53,153 bases of DNA from Kondoa subrosea (Eukaryota), in assembly GCA_039545335.1 (NCBI GenBank), contig BCIN01000001.1, positions 620,001-673,153 on the forward strand, written 5' to 3'. The notes below the pieces were generated by a model that ran no database searches, was not told the origin of the DNA, and was given only the letters and a program-made list of their open reading frames with translations. Of the stretch, positions 35,372 through 48,144 are shown one piece after another. Made by a program: the position numbers and the translations under genes. Positions within the stretch are counted from its first letter, which is position 1; each line of letters starts with the position of its first letter.

Positions 35372-36484
35372 GTTTGCTTTAGATTCAAATGAGAAAGGTG
35401 ATGGTTGCGGGAAGATCGTCATTTCGAGGAATTTGGTTAAGGAAGGCAGGAAATCAGGAGTAGAAGCTATCAGATCAATCGCATAGTCTCTATACTGCAT
35501 AAACACCGATTGCAGGCTAGCCATTTCGCGACAACACTCTTCTGTGTCGATCGCAGGTCACAGGTGCATCGATGTCCAACCCTTACTTATGACTTGCCCT
35601 TGACATCTCAACAGCGCCATATCTAGCTAGTTGGGAGATAAGTATGTCCTGTCATCAAGGCCGAAAACTCACAAAGGTCCGGTGCCAATGCAAGGGCCTT
35701 TCCCGACTACTTCTTTCCAGCTTGAGTAGCCAATCATAGTACCAAGAGTACTCGCTAACATGACTGAATAGCCATAAATTGTGCTGTCCGAGCCAAGCTC
35801 CAGTCTTCCCGTCATAATTGGAAGCAGGAGCTAACCTGTTCGCGATCAATCAAGTAGCAGATTCCCTTTAGACCTGAAGTCTTAGCCTGGATAAACCAGC
35901 TGCAACCTTGCGATGCTATTTCACGATGTGTGGACGTAGAATTTGACAGACAGGGCGAACACCGTAAAAACATTCAGCAACGACAGTGATTATGTAATCA
36001 TAGAAATGATGAAGACGCTTTACACCGACAATAGATTGGCGAAACTGTACTTCTGAACTTGCATATTGGGAGTCTAGGAAGAGTGTAGCATTGGCTGGCA
36101 TGCTCGCAAAGCAGATGTATGGATGTCGGCGGCCTTGGTACGAAGCACACGCTTCAATTGCCAAATCTCCATGCATAGAGCATAATGTAATGGCTTTGTT
36201 CGAGTTCTCAAATATGGACAAGCCTCGAAAATCATCAAGCACGCGAAGGACTTTCGAGGAAAGCAAAACAGGCAGAGTTGCGATGATCGCTTCTAAGGGT
36301 ATGACTGCACAAGAGTACAGACTGGACTGTAAGCCAATATAAAGACAGGGACGGACTGCTCCGAGGCGAGACTGCAAGAAAGGAAAGCTTTGTTCGACGT
36401 TGCTCTCAAACCAAAGCTTTGTCCAAATTCAGCGAGTGCATGGCCAGTGGAAGCTCAGGTTTCGAAAGCTGAGAAGATACGACG

Positions 36485-37650
36485 ATGGCAGCCCAACCTC
36501 CTCCAGCACCGTTTGACATGCACGGTGAGCTTCTACCTTTGCCTACTTGAAATCCTAATTTAATGTTTATGCGATCTCATAGGCTACCCAGTTCCTGGAG
36601 CAGCTTATCAACAGCAACAGCAACCAGTAGAGAACAAGCGAGACCGACGTCGAAGGGAAATTGCAGACCGAGTTGAAGCACTTCGACATTCGAATCACGA
36701 CAAGCGCGAACCACTGTTTCACAACTTACTGACTTCCTTGCATGGCTCACATGTAGCTCTGTTGGCTGCTCCTGCTCCTGTGCATACCAATTATCTCTTG
36801 CGTCTGTCAGAATTATCAGTACAAAGGGATCTGCAATTGGGCACAGTAAGGCAACAGGGCGATTATCACAGAGAAGTCGCTAGAAGATTGTATGAGATTG
36901 AAGTGGAACAGATCGAGACGGAGTATGAATTGGCTAAGAGGGGAGTCAAGGAAAGGTTGCTGGAAGCATGCGAAGAGCGAGCTAGGAAATTACGTGAAGA
37001 GAAGGACGGTGTTGAACTCAATCTAGGTCAGTCAACCTCTGCTAGCTTTCTTCACTCGTCTGAAGAATTGGTTCATAGATGCCATCTTTGATCCTGCTTC
37101 TCGACCACACGCAACTCGTCACAGAAATGGTCGCAACGCTCGCGGTCCTTCTTACGCCGATATACATAACGGTATCATTCCATCAGGTGGTACATCCATT
37201 CCGATCCCAGAAGCCAGTGGATCCAGAGACGAAATTCTACCTTTTGGCATGTCCATCTTACCTTCTTCACCTCATTTATCTTCTTTCCCACTCACTCATA
37301 ATCCTTCCGGATCTTCTCTCACTTCATCTGCACTCTTATCTACTTTAGCTACTTTACCTCGAGCAGCAACAGCAAGATCCAAGAGAAATATAGGAGCTGC
37401 AGCAGCAGCAGCCGCAATAGCTTCCACGACCACTTCTGTAACTTCTTACCTTACAAACCCTCAAGCTTATGGTCATCCTTCGGAAAGCTTGCATTTATCT
37501 ATCCAACCTGGCAGATATGATTTCCAAGGAAAGAGTTTAGCTGCTTTGAAGAGTATAGCGGGGGATGAAGTAGGGGAAGATTTGAGTGCGATTAGGAAAA
37601 GGAAGAGAGGAAATGGTCAGAGAAAGAATATGGCAGAGTATTATTCGTGA
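36485..37650 (+). CDS. Sds3-like (Sin3/Rpd3L HDAC complex) protein
   Basis: NKRDRRREIADRV followed by the coiled coil ...YEIEVEQIETEYELAKRGVKERLLEACEERARKLREEKD, and C-terminal EVGEDLSAIRKRKR. Confidence 0.75.
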
Positions 37651-37968
37651 GAGAGTGAGAGTTTTGTATAATGCATTCTCAGGCTATGTAAATGTCTATC
37701 TATCTGTCACTATTGCGTTCGGATTTCCTTGTTATACATCAATCGCGCGGCTGATCGTGGCTTACATAAGTCGCAGAAAATGAAATTTCATGTTGTCATG
37801 AACAATGGCTTATCCCTCTGCATCTGCTTACCCTGTCCATTTGTAGTCTCGAGGACTGACTCGAATCCCTTGACGCGCTCCTCGCCATCTGCTTTCGCGC
37901 TTCCACTTGAAACAGAGCAAACGTGAAGATAGACTCTAAACTTGCGATGTTTTACTGCTGCAGTGGAA

Positions 37969-38904
37969 ATGCAGCATATCGCTGTGGAATCTGAGCACGA
38001 TGCTGCTGATTCAGAGCTGGGGGCAAGCTCCTCTACTTCTGCCGAATACAACCCTAGGCCTAGCTCATCATCTTTCGGGGACACATCGAGCGAATCAGAA
38101 GACAAAGAAGAGGAAGAACGATTGACTCAAGAGAATCTGGACGGATACTTGATTCAGCTTGAATATGATCCAGAGAAAGTCATGGACATGTCTCTACAAG
38201 TGATTGAAGACACAAACGAATCTGATGCTTTGGTTCTTGGAGCTTATTACCTTCTTTATCGCTCGCTTATACGTCTCGAACGATGGGGCAAAGCATTGAG
38301 TGTCTCAACATGGATTTATTGGTGCTTTGATACCTATACTGGAAAATCGATTGCAGAAGAGGAGCAGAGGGAGAAGTACATGCGCAGCCTGATGGCCTAC
38401 GATGAAGAACTGAGTCGGTAACAATATTTGCGATCCACTGGTGAAGAAGTACTTATCCCGATGTAGAGTTCTATTTGAAAAAAGGGGAAGAGGAGCGCGT
38501 GTTACAGACAACAGCAAACCTATGGCTGAAAGTTTCCACAAAGGAAGCATCCAGATCCACATATGGTGCGTATTCATTCTGGTCTGTACACTTCACTAAT
38601 GTAGTTTCTAGACTCGCAAGGTTTGTCCGTGACTCTGCTAATATCATCTTCAGCTCACCTCTTGCAGGGCTAGCGAGTAATGCGGATCTGCGCTGCATCC
38701 CTCCAGACTCAAGATAATGGCGCTGCAATGAATCAAGCGGCAAGTGCAGACTTTACCTCACTCTACAGTAAAACTTTAGAAACTTCGAGAGAATGGAGCA
38801 GGAGAAGAAGCGAGTGCAACGAAGGAAAGGAAGAGAGAGAAAGGCGAGCGACAGATCATGGCAGAGTATTATTCATGAGAGACTTTGAAACATCCGTTGT
38901 ATAA
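37969..38904 (+). CDS. Hypothetical protein (3' end uncertain)
   Basis: ~150-aa exon with an acidic N-terminus and helical region, followed by probable short introns. No family recognised. Confidence 0.35.
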
Positions 38905-39030
38905 TAATGAAACCGGTTCTATGTGACGATCTATCCAACTTTTGACTATTCTCCTTGTGAGAAGTCCATACATTGTGCTAGTACTTCTGTCCCTCGAAAT
39001 CGAAATATCTGGGGACGAGACAAAATATTT

Positions 39031-40714
39031 CTATCTCAAGCCAACCATTGCCTTTGCCGTTGCAATGTATTGGGCCATAACTTCGGGTTTCGTCTTAAAA
39101 AATAGCAACCCAATCAACTGACCGAAAGAACAACAAATCAGCACAAAAGAAAGGTAATCACGCATTTTCGATTGAGAAACTTACAGCTATTGCATATCCT
39201 AGTATCTGGGTGCCAGTAACCACAGATCCAAGTAGCACTACAGATCCAACGACGAGCAAGATATCCTTGAGTACACTATCACACCGTGTCAGCTCCATCT
39301 TTAGACCAAAAAAATGTGCAGACTCACCCAGACAAGGTCAATACCAATGAGCTTGAGCAACCAATAAGGAAGACGACAGAGATGTTGAGACAGAAAGCGC
39401 AAGATGCGTTGGACAGAAGAACAAAGAGACCTAATCTTTCATAGGCTAATTCGAGTGGTGCCCAACCTTCATAGAAAGGAACCAAGCATGCGTTGAGTGT
39501 AGCGCATACCTAAGTCAGTGTATTAGTAGAGTCCAATACGGAGAAGAGTAGAAATGTACAGGTGCAAACCAGTAGAGTGAAACAAGAGGATCCATCTTGA
39601 GTCCTTGAAGGAGTTTTTGAATCGCTACTAATCGAGCAGCTTCGAAAGCGATACCAAGTGCTTGACAGATAAATCCTCCGAGGTCGCTGTCCGATGTAAT
39701 TATCTTCAGCCAAAAAGTAGCAAAAGAGAAAAGACAACGGACAAAGCAATTTCACCGACGGAAGCTAGAGCTACACCAGCGGAGATACAGACCACAATGA
39801 CCAATGTACGTCGAGTAGGTGTTTCCAGACCCATGAGAACCGACATTCCCAAAACAGCGACGGAAGTGAAAGCTTTCAACCTGTTCGCCAATGCGCAATC
39901 AGTACACTTTCTTCCAGGAGTATAGACTGTAAGACGAACATTTGGATGAAGCTGACGCTGAGGGTCAAGTAGGCCATGTTGCTGAAAATAAGGGAAGCGC
40001 TGAAAAGAGCTCCAATAGGTACAATGTTCTTGAGCCATCGATCCATGGTCATCTGTGAGCGCATGAAATGTGAGAATTACATTGACACTGAGGTCCGCAC
40101 AAATCACACACCGATACATTGTTGAGGCCATCCAAGAGATTCGTTGTTCGCGCTAAGACTCGTGTGCCGATAGTAGCGAAAACGAGATGAAAAGTGGTAA
40201 GGAAGATGGGACTATACGCCAGAACCCTCTACTATCAGCTTCAGGCTGAAAGAGCTTCGCCTTAACGCACAAGGGGAAGTCTAGGGTTGACTGGATGATT
40301 GGCATATTAGCTTCGCCTGAGCTACTTTGAGAAGGGCCCGCACAAGAATGTATTTGTTGTAGATGATAACACTAGAACTGACTGTTGTAATACTTCTGAT
40401 CAGCTAGGTTATCAAATGTTGAGCATGCCTACGAGAAATCCAAACAGCAATGATCAAGGCTGGATTGAGCTTGGCTTTTTCAGCCGGCTATCAACCAACA
40501 CCGTTCAGCATCTGTTGTACGCTACCCAAGTGCAAGGACTGACTTTTGCGCTGACCGAGTTTGGCGGAGGCAGCAATTGATCCGTTACTTCTTCATTGTT
40601 CCCATTCAGCTCATCTGCAGACCCCGAGTATCAGCCATCCTGATCACCTATCACCTGGACAGTCTTCCTACAAGTTTCCTTGACATTCCCTTGAACGTTG
40701 ATTTTGCTATCCAT
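39031..40714 (-). CDS. Triose-phosphate/nucleotide-sugar transporter (TPT, DMT superfamily)
   Basis: IAVWI..SSSVIIYNKYIL, PIFLTTFHLVFATIGTR, IVPIGALFSASLIFSNMAYLTLSVSFIQMLKA, FEAARLVAIQKLL..LKMDPLVSLYWFAP, CAFCLNISVVFLIG, VLTLSGVLKDILLV. Confidence 0.92.
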
Positions 40715-41362
40715 TCTTGGCCCAGATTGAATGATCCGAAGAATCTACGCTTGCACAGGCTCTGTCGCTCGCTAGACTGAGGAGAGAGGTAGGGATGCTG
40801 CTGCACGGATATGCAGCGCTGGACTGGTGGATGGCAGAAACCTTATTCAGGAAATTTATAAGTCCAACGTTGGTCCTGGTCTGCCATCTCCTTTGCTAAT
40901 TTCCTCGGTGCTCCGGTCTCGGTGCTAGCTCTACATTGACGCTTTGACCCCTTTGGAAGGCTAGCTTGACCTTCTCGCATTGTGTCTCCATTGATTCATT
41001 CAATATGAGTGAATGCCTGTTCGAGATATTCGTCCGCTCTACAGGCTTTCGCAGTCCTCTAGACTCTATATACTATATTTGCTTCACTTTTTACTATTTC
41101 TATCCTAGAGTCCACTTGCTGCGCGCAACGGCCTTGCCGTCCACTGCCTTCCAGTGTCTGCGCTCTGTACGTTTTCTCGTCAAGGTCACGACCTTATATA
41201 CTGTCGTTTGAGTTTCACTTGGCAAATCCTTTGCCGGATTCACTCTGCCTAACGACAGGGAGCCTTTTCTCCGGGGCAAAAGAAAAACGGACGATCCGGC
41301 GCGAAAATGCTCACGGCGCATGCAGAATTATCTTATTAGAATTCCTGCCTTGTCGTCAAAGT

Positions 41363-43732
41363 ATGCTTGATGTAGAAAAGGCACAATCGTCATCAACTAA
41401 GTCGATTGACGAGGAAGAGCGGCACAATGCTGATTCGCCAGAGCTCTCAAGCCAAAGCTCACCGTGGCTCAGAACAGCCGTAGCAGTTTCACCATCAAAG
41501 AATGCTCTGCTATGGGCAGCGACCTATGTTTTGGCAAACTGTCTGGCCACGGCGACGATATCAAACTTTGCCTACCAAGCTCGCACTAATAACAGCAGGA
41601 ACTCAACTCTTTTCTTACCTCCTATTGGTTTGGCTCTTGTAACTTTGCTGTCAAGAATACCTTTGCTTCTTCCCCAATCTGGTCATAGATCAGTTTCAGG
41701 AAGTCTTCAATGGTTGTCAAAGAATGTTCCAGTATCAGGCGTGCATGTAGTACCCGCAGCAATATGTGCTTCACTCGCAACGACAATCTACTCTCTAGCA
41801 GCGCAGCAACTACCCGATTTCGTTCTTCAAGCTCTACCCATCTTCTCAATACCTGTCATACTCTGTATATTGCCATATCTGTCTACACCGATAGCAACTC
41901 AACCTCTAACCTTACTCGCAGCGGCCACCTCAGTATGCGTTGGTTTCGCTCTGCAATCGTCTAAAGTCGACTATGCGGGCACCATGCTAACACTGCTTGG
42001 TGTGCTATTTCAAGGCTCTTCTCTCGTCTTCTTCAAAAAATGGTCCGTAGAACAGCAGGTCCCAGCTGGTGTACTGCTGACAACAAGCTCACCTGTGCGT
42101 CCTCCTGTTCATCGGGTGTATCAAGCTAACAATCTCGGAAGATCGCACTCGTGTGTTCAATAATATCCCTGTTTGCTCTGGAACCTGCCTCTTCTATCTT
42201 GCATCCTAATTCTGAAGAAGCACTCTCGATATCGATTATCGCCTTATACGCAATTTTGTATGCCATTGAGCAGATTTCCTTCGCAAACATGGTAACTTCT
42301 ATGGAATTGGCCAATCTACCCCTGGTCTTCATCTTGAAAGCTTTTCTAGCAACAATCTCTGCCCCTGAAATAATCAGTCATTCTAATCAAATACTAGTAC
42401 TAGCTTTAGCGCTTGGTCTGTCATCGGCAGCAATCGCTAAAGAATGGCTTTCTCCCACACAGCAACAAGAAGATTATCACCATATCGCTGTAACATCTTC
42501 TCTTTCTTTGCCTCCTAATACCTTACCGAAGAAACTCAACATTAGTCTCTTGTTATCTCTTCTACCTCTTCTTCTCTGGCTCTTCCAACAATCACCTCAT
42601 TCAGCTCAGCTAGCACAAGAGGTCAAATGGATGCATGGTATTGGCCCGCCAAGGCTAGAAATCGTCATCTCATACTATAAAGAACCGATCTCTGAAGTCA
42701 AAGCTCAGCTGAATTATATTCGTGGTCTGCCACATGTGAAACTCAGGAACCCATTTGTGACGATTTACGCTAAAGCAAGTGAAGAAGATGTTCCGACTGA
42801 TTGGTTACAAAAGGAAACACGAGCGGATCAGATCATTCGATTACCGAATCATGGAAGAGAAGGTGGGACTTATTTGAGGCATATCATCTCGAGATACAAC
42901 GCTTCTTTGCCGTCTACTGAAGAAAAGAAGCATCCGATGGAGAGGAGAAGCTGGTTTAGCTTGACAAGGCGATCTCGATTGGACAGTCAAGTGCAGCAAT
43001 TAGCAGATCATACCATGTTCTTGCAAGCGTGAGTTCAGATTTACCGGCTATAAGTGTGATTTCTAGGCTGACATCAATTAATAGACACTTGAGTTGGGAA
43101 GATCAATCGAAACCAAGATTACGTCTGTTTGGCGAGAACACTGGATATATGGCTTTCGGTCCTTATTTGGCTATGGAATGTGGACATGATACAAGAGGAA
43201 ATGGTGATTTCCCTCGAATGGCACAAGTGTATTCTATCTTTAGGGAAGAGGTGCGTTTAATCGCGCACATAAACCCAGCGGGAGCTGACTTGTCATGTTA
43301 TTCCTAGCTCTGCCCTCCTAATCGAGCTCAACTTGGTGCTTATGCTGCTCAATTCGTCGTTAGCAAGAAACGGATACTGGAAAACTCTTTGCACAAGTAT
43401 CAAGCGATTGATCATATTATAGAAGCGTCGGATGATGCATGGATACACAAAGAAGGGCCAGAGTCAGTACACTTTCCACTTTCCACTTTCTGCGAACTGA
43501 ACACTGATTGACCAATCGATTACAGTATTTGGGGAGGTCAAACAGGACAATCGAACCCGTTCTTTGGCCATGCATTGGAGCGCAGCTGGCCTGTGATCTT
43601 CAATTGCACTGATGCAGGAATAGCCGAACGATGTACCGATGATGTTACTGATCGTCATTTGTGTCAAGTAAGTTTGTATGAGCTCCAAAGTCTACGACAG
43701 TAGCTGATCTAATTCTTCAGTGTATGGACTAG
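41363..43732 (+). CDS. Polytopic membrane protein fused to a DUF3431-like (putative glycosyltransferase) domain
   Basis: Roughly 10 hydrophobic segments, then LEIVISYYKE, VTIYAK, RLPNHGREGGTYLRHII..Y, LADHTMFLQAH, AQFVVSKKRI and PFFGHALERSWPVIF. Ends CQCMD*. Confidence 0.75.
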
Positions 43733-44245
43733 TGTATGGACTGATCGCAAAAGGACACTTTCGTTCAAAGGACATTATATCAGCACAGTATATCCTAACT
43801 TTATTCCAATTCATCTCATGCGTCGTACTCGCATATTCTCGTTGCTATACTCTGTCTCATTGCAGCTCAGCGCTGACCGTAAGTACTGAATCTGGCCCAC
43901 ATGAGCGAGATGCGCAGCAATGCAGAAAAATGAAGAAAATCTGTTCGCGAGTGCAGGGATGAAAGACTCGCGCACCAACACAGCAACAATCCAAATGTTT
44001 GCCATCCCAGATACTTACATCACAGTCGCCACCTTGGAAATCCCAACGGTCTTGACCGAGGGAAAAGCAAAACATAGATTTTCAAGCACATCGCCTACGA
44101 CCATCCACAGAGCTCTCACATTAGAGTGGCTGCATATACCTAAGACTTGAGCGAGTATAGACTTCGCGAGATAGCAGCAAAAAAGGAGACTTGGCGAGTA
44201 AATCAAACGACTTCCTTCGACTCGGACCCTTTCCTCTCTGCGACC

Positions 44246-46438
44246 ATGTCTGCTCGTTATCAGGACGGCTACAATGCTCCAGCGTCGCCTACGGTCATGC
44301 AAGATGGGAGCGGCTACTCCAATCAACCTCACTCAGGCCATTCCTATCCTCCTTTGAACTCGCCCCCTTCTTTCACTTCTCAAGCTCCAAGCGATTACCA
44401 GTCTCTGCCGCACGATAGTCAAGGCTACGGTCAACAGCCTCGTTACCAAAACGGTCCACCTTCAGGACCTCGTGCTGCGCCTGCACTGAATCCATCGCGA
44501 GGTAATGGAGCTAGACAAGATTCCACTTACTCTGTCGCATCAGACTACTCGAAAAACGGTCAAGGCCCAAATTCCGGTCCTCATCCTTTATCAAACGCTT
44601 TATACGTTGATTCTTCCCCAACCCTACACGAATCCACTACTTCTTCAGATGAATGCAACAAAAAGGGCGATTCGGAAAAGTCTAGATTAGCAGGTTATGG
44701 AAATGGCGGAGGAGGAAACAGAGATTCTGGTTTCAGGAGGTTCAGCGGAGCTTATGTTGCTGGAAAGAGATCTTCGGATGATTACACCACCATCAAGAGG
44801 AATAGATTGGGCTACTTGGATGGAATGAAGTTCTTGGCTGCTTGCATTGTCTTGAACGCGACTTTCTTTGATGCCGTTTTGGAAGATAATGTGAGTGGGA
44901 GTGTATTACGGTTTGCTGCGGAAGAAGCTGACCAATAGCTTTCCTTCACAGGCCCTGTCGATACTCAACGGCGACTCAGCTCTCTACTTTGTCCGATCGA
45001 GATCTTTTGGTTTAACCGCCTTGCTGGTCCTTCTGGGTCGATCCATTCTCGATCCTCTCTGGGAAGTCCCAACTGCCAACAGCGCATTGAACAAGGACAA
45101 ACCTTCTTCTTCCGCATCTGGCCCTTCAGTCGCTTGGTTCAAGCTATCGAGATCTCTATTAACGCGACCTTTCCGCTTCATCCTACCTGTAGCCGTCATC
45201 GCTGCCCTACAATGGGGTCTACGAGCGACTAACAGGACAGCCAATTGCAATGCTGTAGGAATGAATGAACCTTACTGGGATCAGATCAGAAGTGCTGCAG
45301 GTTACTTCACTCTGATTTTCAATTTGGTGCGTCACATTGGTATAACATATCGGTTTGGATTACTGATTTTGTTTGCTCAATGCCGTACAGTTCACTGTCT
45401 ACAACATTGAACCTGTTTCTGGTATCACTTTCGGTGCAAACTTATTTGCTACTCCTTGGTTCTTCCAATCAAGCTACTGCGCATATGTTCGTGAACCGGT
45501 GATTCGCTCTCTATGCAGCTGAGCTACCACACTTCTTGAACAGGTCACTCACATCATGCTCGGCAACTTGTCAAGCAACAGATACTGGATCTACGGTTTA
45601 TTGGCTTTCTTCAGTTGGACTTCTTTCACCTTCTTCTACGTGAGCTCATCCATGGTTATATGATATATTCAAGCTAATAAATGTTCAATAGGCCACCATT
45701 CTTGGTGTCGCAATTTGCGATATGGCTGTTCACGGTCAATTCGCAAGAGTCCAGAAATGGCCTTTCCTTCTTCGCCTAGCTCTTCAACTCTCTCTCGCCG
45801 CCTTAGGTGTAGCAGTTGAAGTCGTTCCAGTCATCCGCAACAACCTCAACTCCGGGATGGCTCACATTAGCGTCCATGGTTTAGCTCAATACATCGACTT
45901 CTCTTCAAGCGTCTGCGTCGCTCTACTTCTTATCGTCGTAGAAACATCATCTATCTGCCAAATGCTTCTCGGTAACGTCGTCATGCGTCTCCTTGGTAAA
46001 TTAGCAGCAGGCATCTTCCTCCTCGCTCCAGCAATCACTTTCACCATTATTCCCGATTTGGCTTTATCCATGTCAAATGCTGGATCAGGTTCATCAGCTA
46101 TCCTAGGTGTCTCTTGGGTCGTCCTCTTCTTGACTTGCTTTGGTTTGGCAATCGTTTTCCATTTCATTGTGGAACTGCCGAGCAAGATTGCTGGTGAGTA
46201 CTTTGCGGAATTTTGCATGAATTGGGGAAGGACAGACGATACGTGAGCTACTCTTATTATGAATATGGTGAGGACAGAGCTGATTGTTTTCGGATATAGA
46301 ATGACAGCTATCAAAGCTGCTAATGCTCAAGCTAAAGCTGGTATCAAAGCTCCGTGAGTTTGACCTCTTTTAAAGACGACCTCGTCTTCAAAGGCGCGAT
46401 CTTACAGAGTCAGCGCACCAGCCAAGATCAGGAAGTGA
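44246..46438 (+). CDS. Membrane acyltransferase-3 (OafA-like) family protein
   Basis: Disordered N-terminus, then RLGYLDGMKFLAA, LTRPFRFILP, multiple TM helices, LGKLAAGIFLL and HFIVELPS (VE.P motif). Confidence 0.7.
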
Positions 46439-46916
46439 GAAGTAACAAGAAAGGGTTAGAAGAAGGTGGACAATCCCGCAAATCTTTATTTTATATATAT
46501 ACGTCTTTCTCTCGCTTTTTTCGCTTGGTCTTCTTTTAGCATTATTCATTCACTTTCCTCAAGATATTAGCATACCATTGTTCTGTACCCCCGTTTGCTA
46601 CTAGTTGTGTAGGAATTTTTATAATGAAAACCTTAGACTTTGTACACCCAAGTGAATGTCTCTTGTCCTTCTTTTCGACGTTTTGGAGAGCGCTAGTGCG
46701 AGAACGTGTATGAGGTATAGTAATGCAGAATGAGATGTGAGTACAATAAAGATAGTTAGCGGATGGGAGGGCATGTATGTATTTAATCCCGTTTGACTGA
46801 TACAGACTGAGTTAAGCGTCAGACTCTATCAGCATTAGTAGATCAGAGCTTACCATACAGTGTGCAAAGATGAATTTCCACACGACGAGTAGTGGACCAG
46901 CCTGCCCAAGACGCTT

Positions 46917-47997
46917 TCAGATCTAAGCTTTCGACAAAGCGATTCTATAAACCCGTCGCACCTTGTCGCGATACTAAGCAACACTTGCTGCTACCTTCTG
47001 CTTCTGCCTTCGGTTCAGGAGACAAAGCTGTATGCGCTCGTATCATTCTAACTGAAGACACAGTGAGATGAAGCAGCGCGTACCGACTCGAACCGCCTCT
47101 GCCAGTGCTTCCTTGACTCCCCTGTTCTCTTTCGCTGACAGTTCCAGATAGCGACTTGCTTTTATTCGACGAGCTACTTCTAGTCCCTTCTCTCGCAAAT
47201 CAGCCTTTAATCAGAAAGAAAAGCGGCTGACTTTACATCTTCATATGTTATCGGGCGCTCATTGTCACGCGCTAGTTGTGCTATTGTGGATGTATTTGCT
47301 CGGAGATCGCATTTGAGAGCGACGAGACATATTCGGACACCTGTAGACCGATCCCATCACTTTAGCTGCAGGAGCTGGGCGATAGTTCGACGTACCTGGA
47401 CAATGTCGCGAGAGCTCTTCTGACCATTTGGCTGTGGGAAAGCAACTTTCTCTCAAGCGGAAACTCCGCATCAAAGAAGCCGCACTCACATTCAGCATTT
47501 TCCAGAGAAGCAGGTTGATCCACCGCGAAACATAGCATTACACCTAATGATGTCTCAGCACTTCTTATATAGGAACACGAGGAACTCACAATGCGTATCA
47601 GGATACGAGAGCGTTCGCAAGCGCGCAAAATCTTCTTGTCCTGCTGTATCCCATAAGGATATTCGGACAGTTTGACCATCCACTATCGTTTCTTTGACGA
47701 AGTTTTCAAAGACCGCTAACGTATCTGCTAATGAGCAAGATGCAGATTGGAGTAGATGAGATGGAAAAAAAGCACAGACTAGGTTCATAAGAGATTGGGA
47801 ATTCTCCTTTGACGTAAACGGTAAGCATAGAAGTCTTCCCTACACTATCAGACACAAAAGAGAGGACCACAAAGCCTTAGAAAAGAGAGGAAGGAAAGAT
47901 AAAGATAGAACAAAGCTTGCTTCCCATCACCTATAGCGAGAATCTTTCGCTGAGGAATTTCCTGAGCATGAGACCTCTGCTTTACTAGCCTAGCCAT
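46917..47997 (-). CDS. rho3: Rho-family small GTPase, Rho3-like (last exon approximate)
   Basis: [95 protein letters not shown] and C-terminal SKCC. Confidence 0.8.
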
Positions 47998-48144
47998 GGC
48001 TTCAACGGGGAGGAGATTGAGTGGCACACACGAGTGCGACTTCGCTTGACGTCCGAAAAAGATGATGCGCTTTTCTTTAACTCGAACGACTGCCTACTGA
48101 CAAGTTTGCAGCTACATATTACCTAACACAGAGCTTTGCCCAAT

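Noticed and set aside
35655..36377. Minus-strand ORFs of 64 and 153 aa
   Set aside because: No motif or convincing exon chain. It may be a gene but cannot be supported.
40829..40888. 9-bp inverted repeat gatggcaga/tctgccatc in the divergent intergenic region
   Set aside because: Short enough to occur by chance, with no recognisable ncRNA features.
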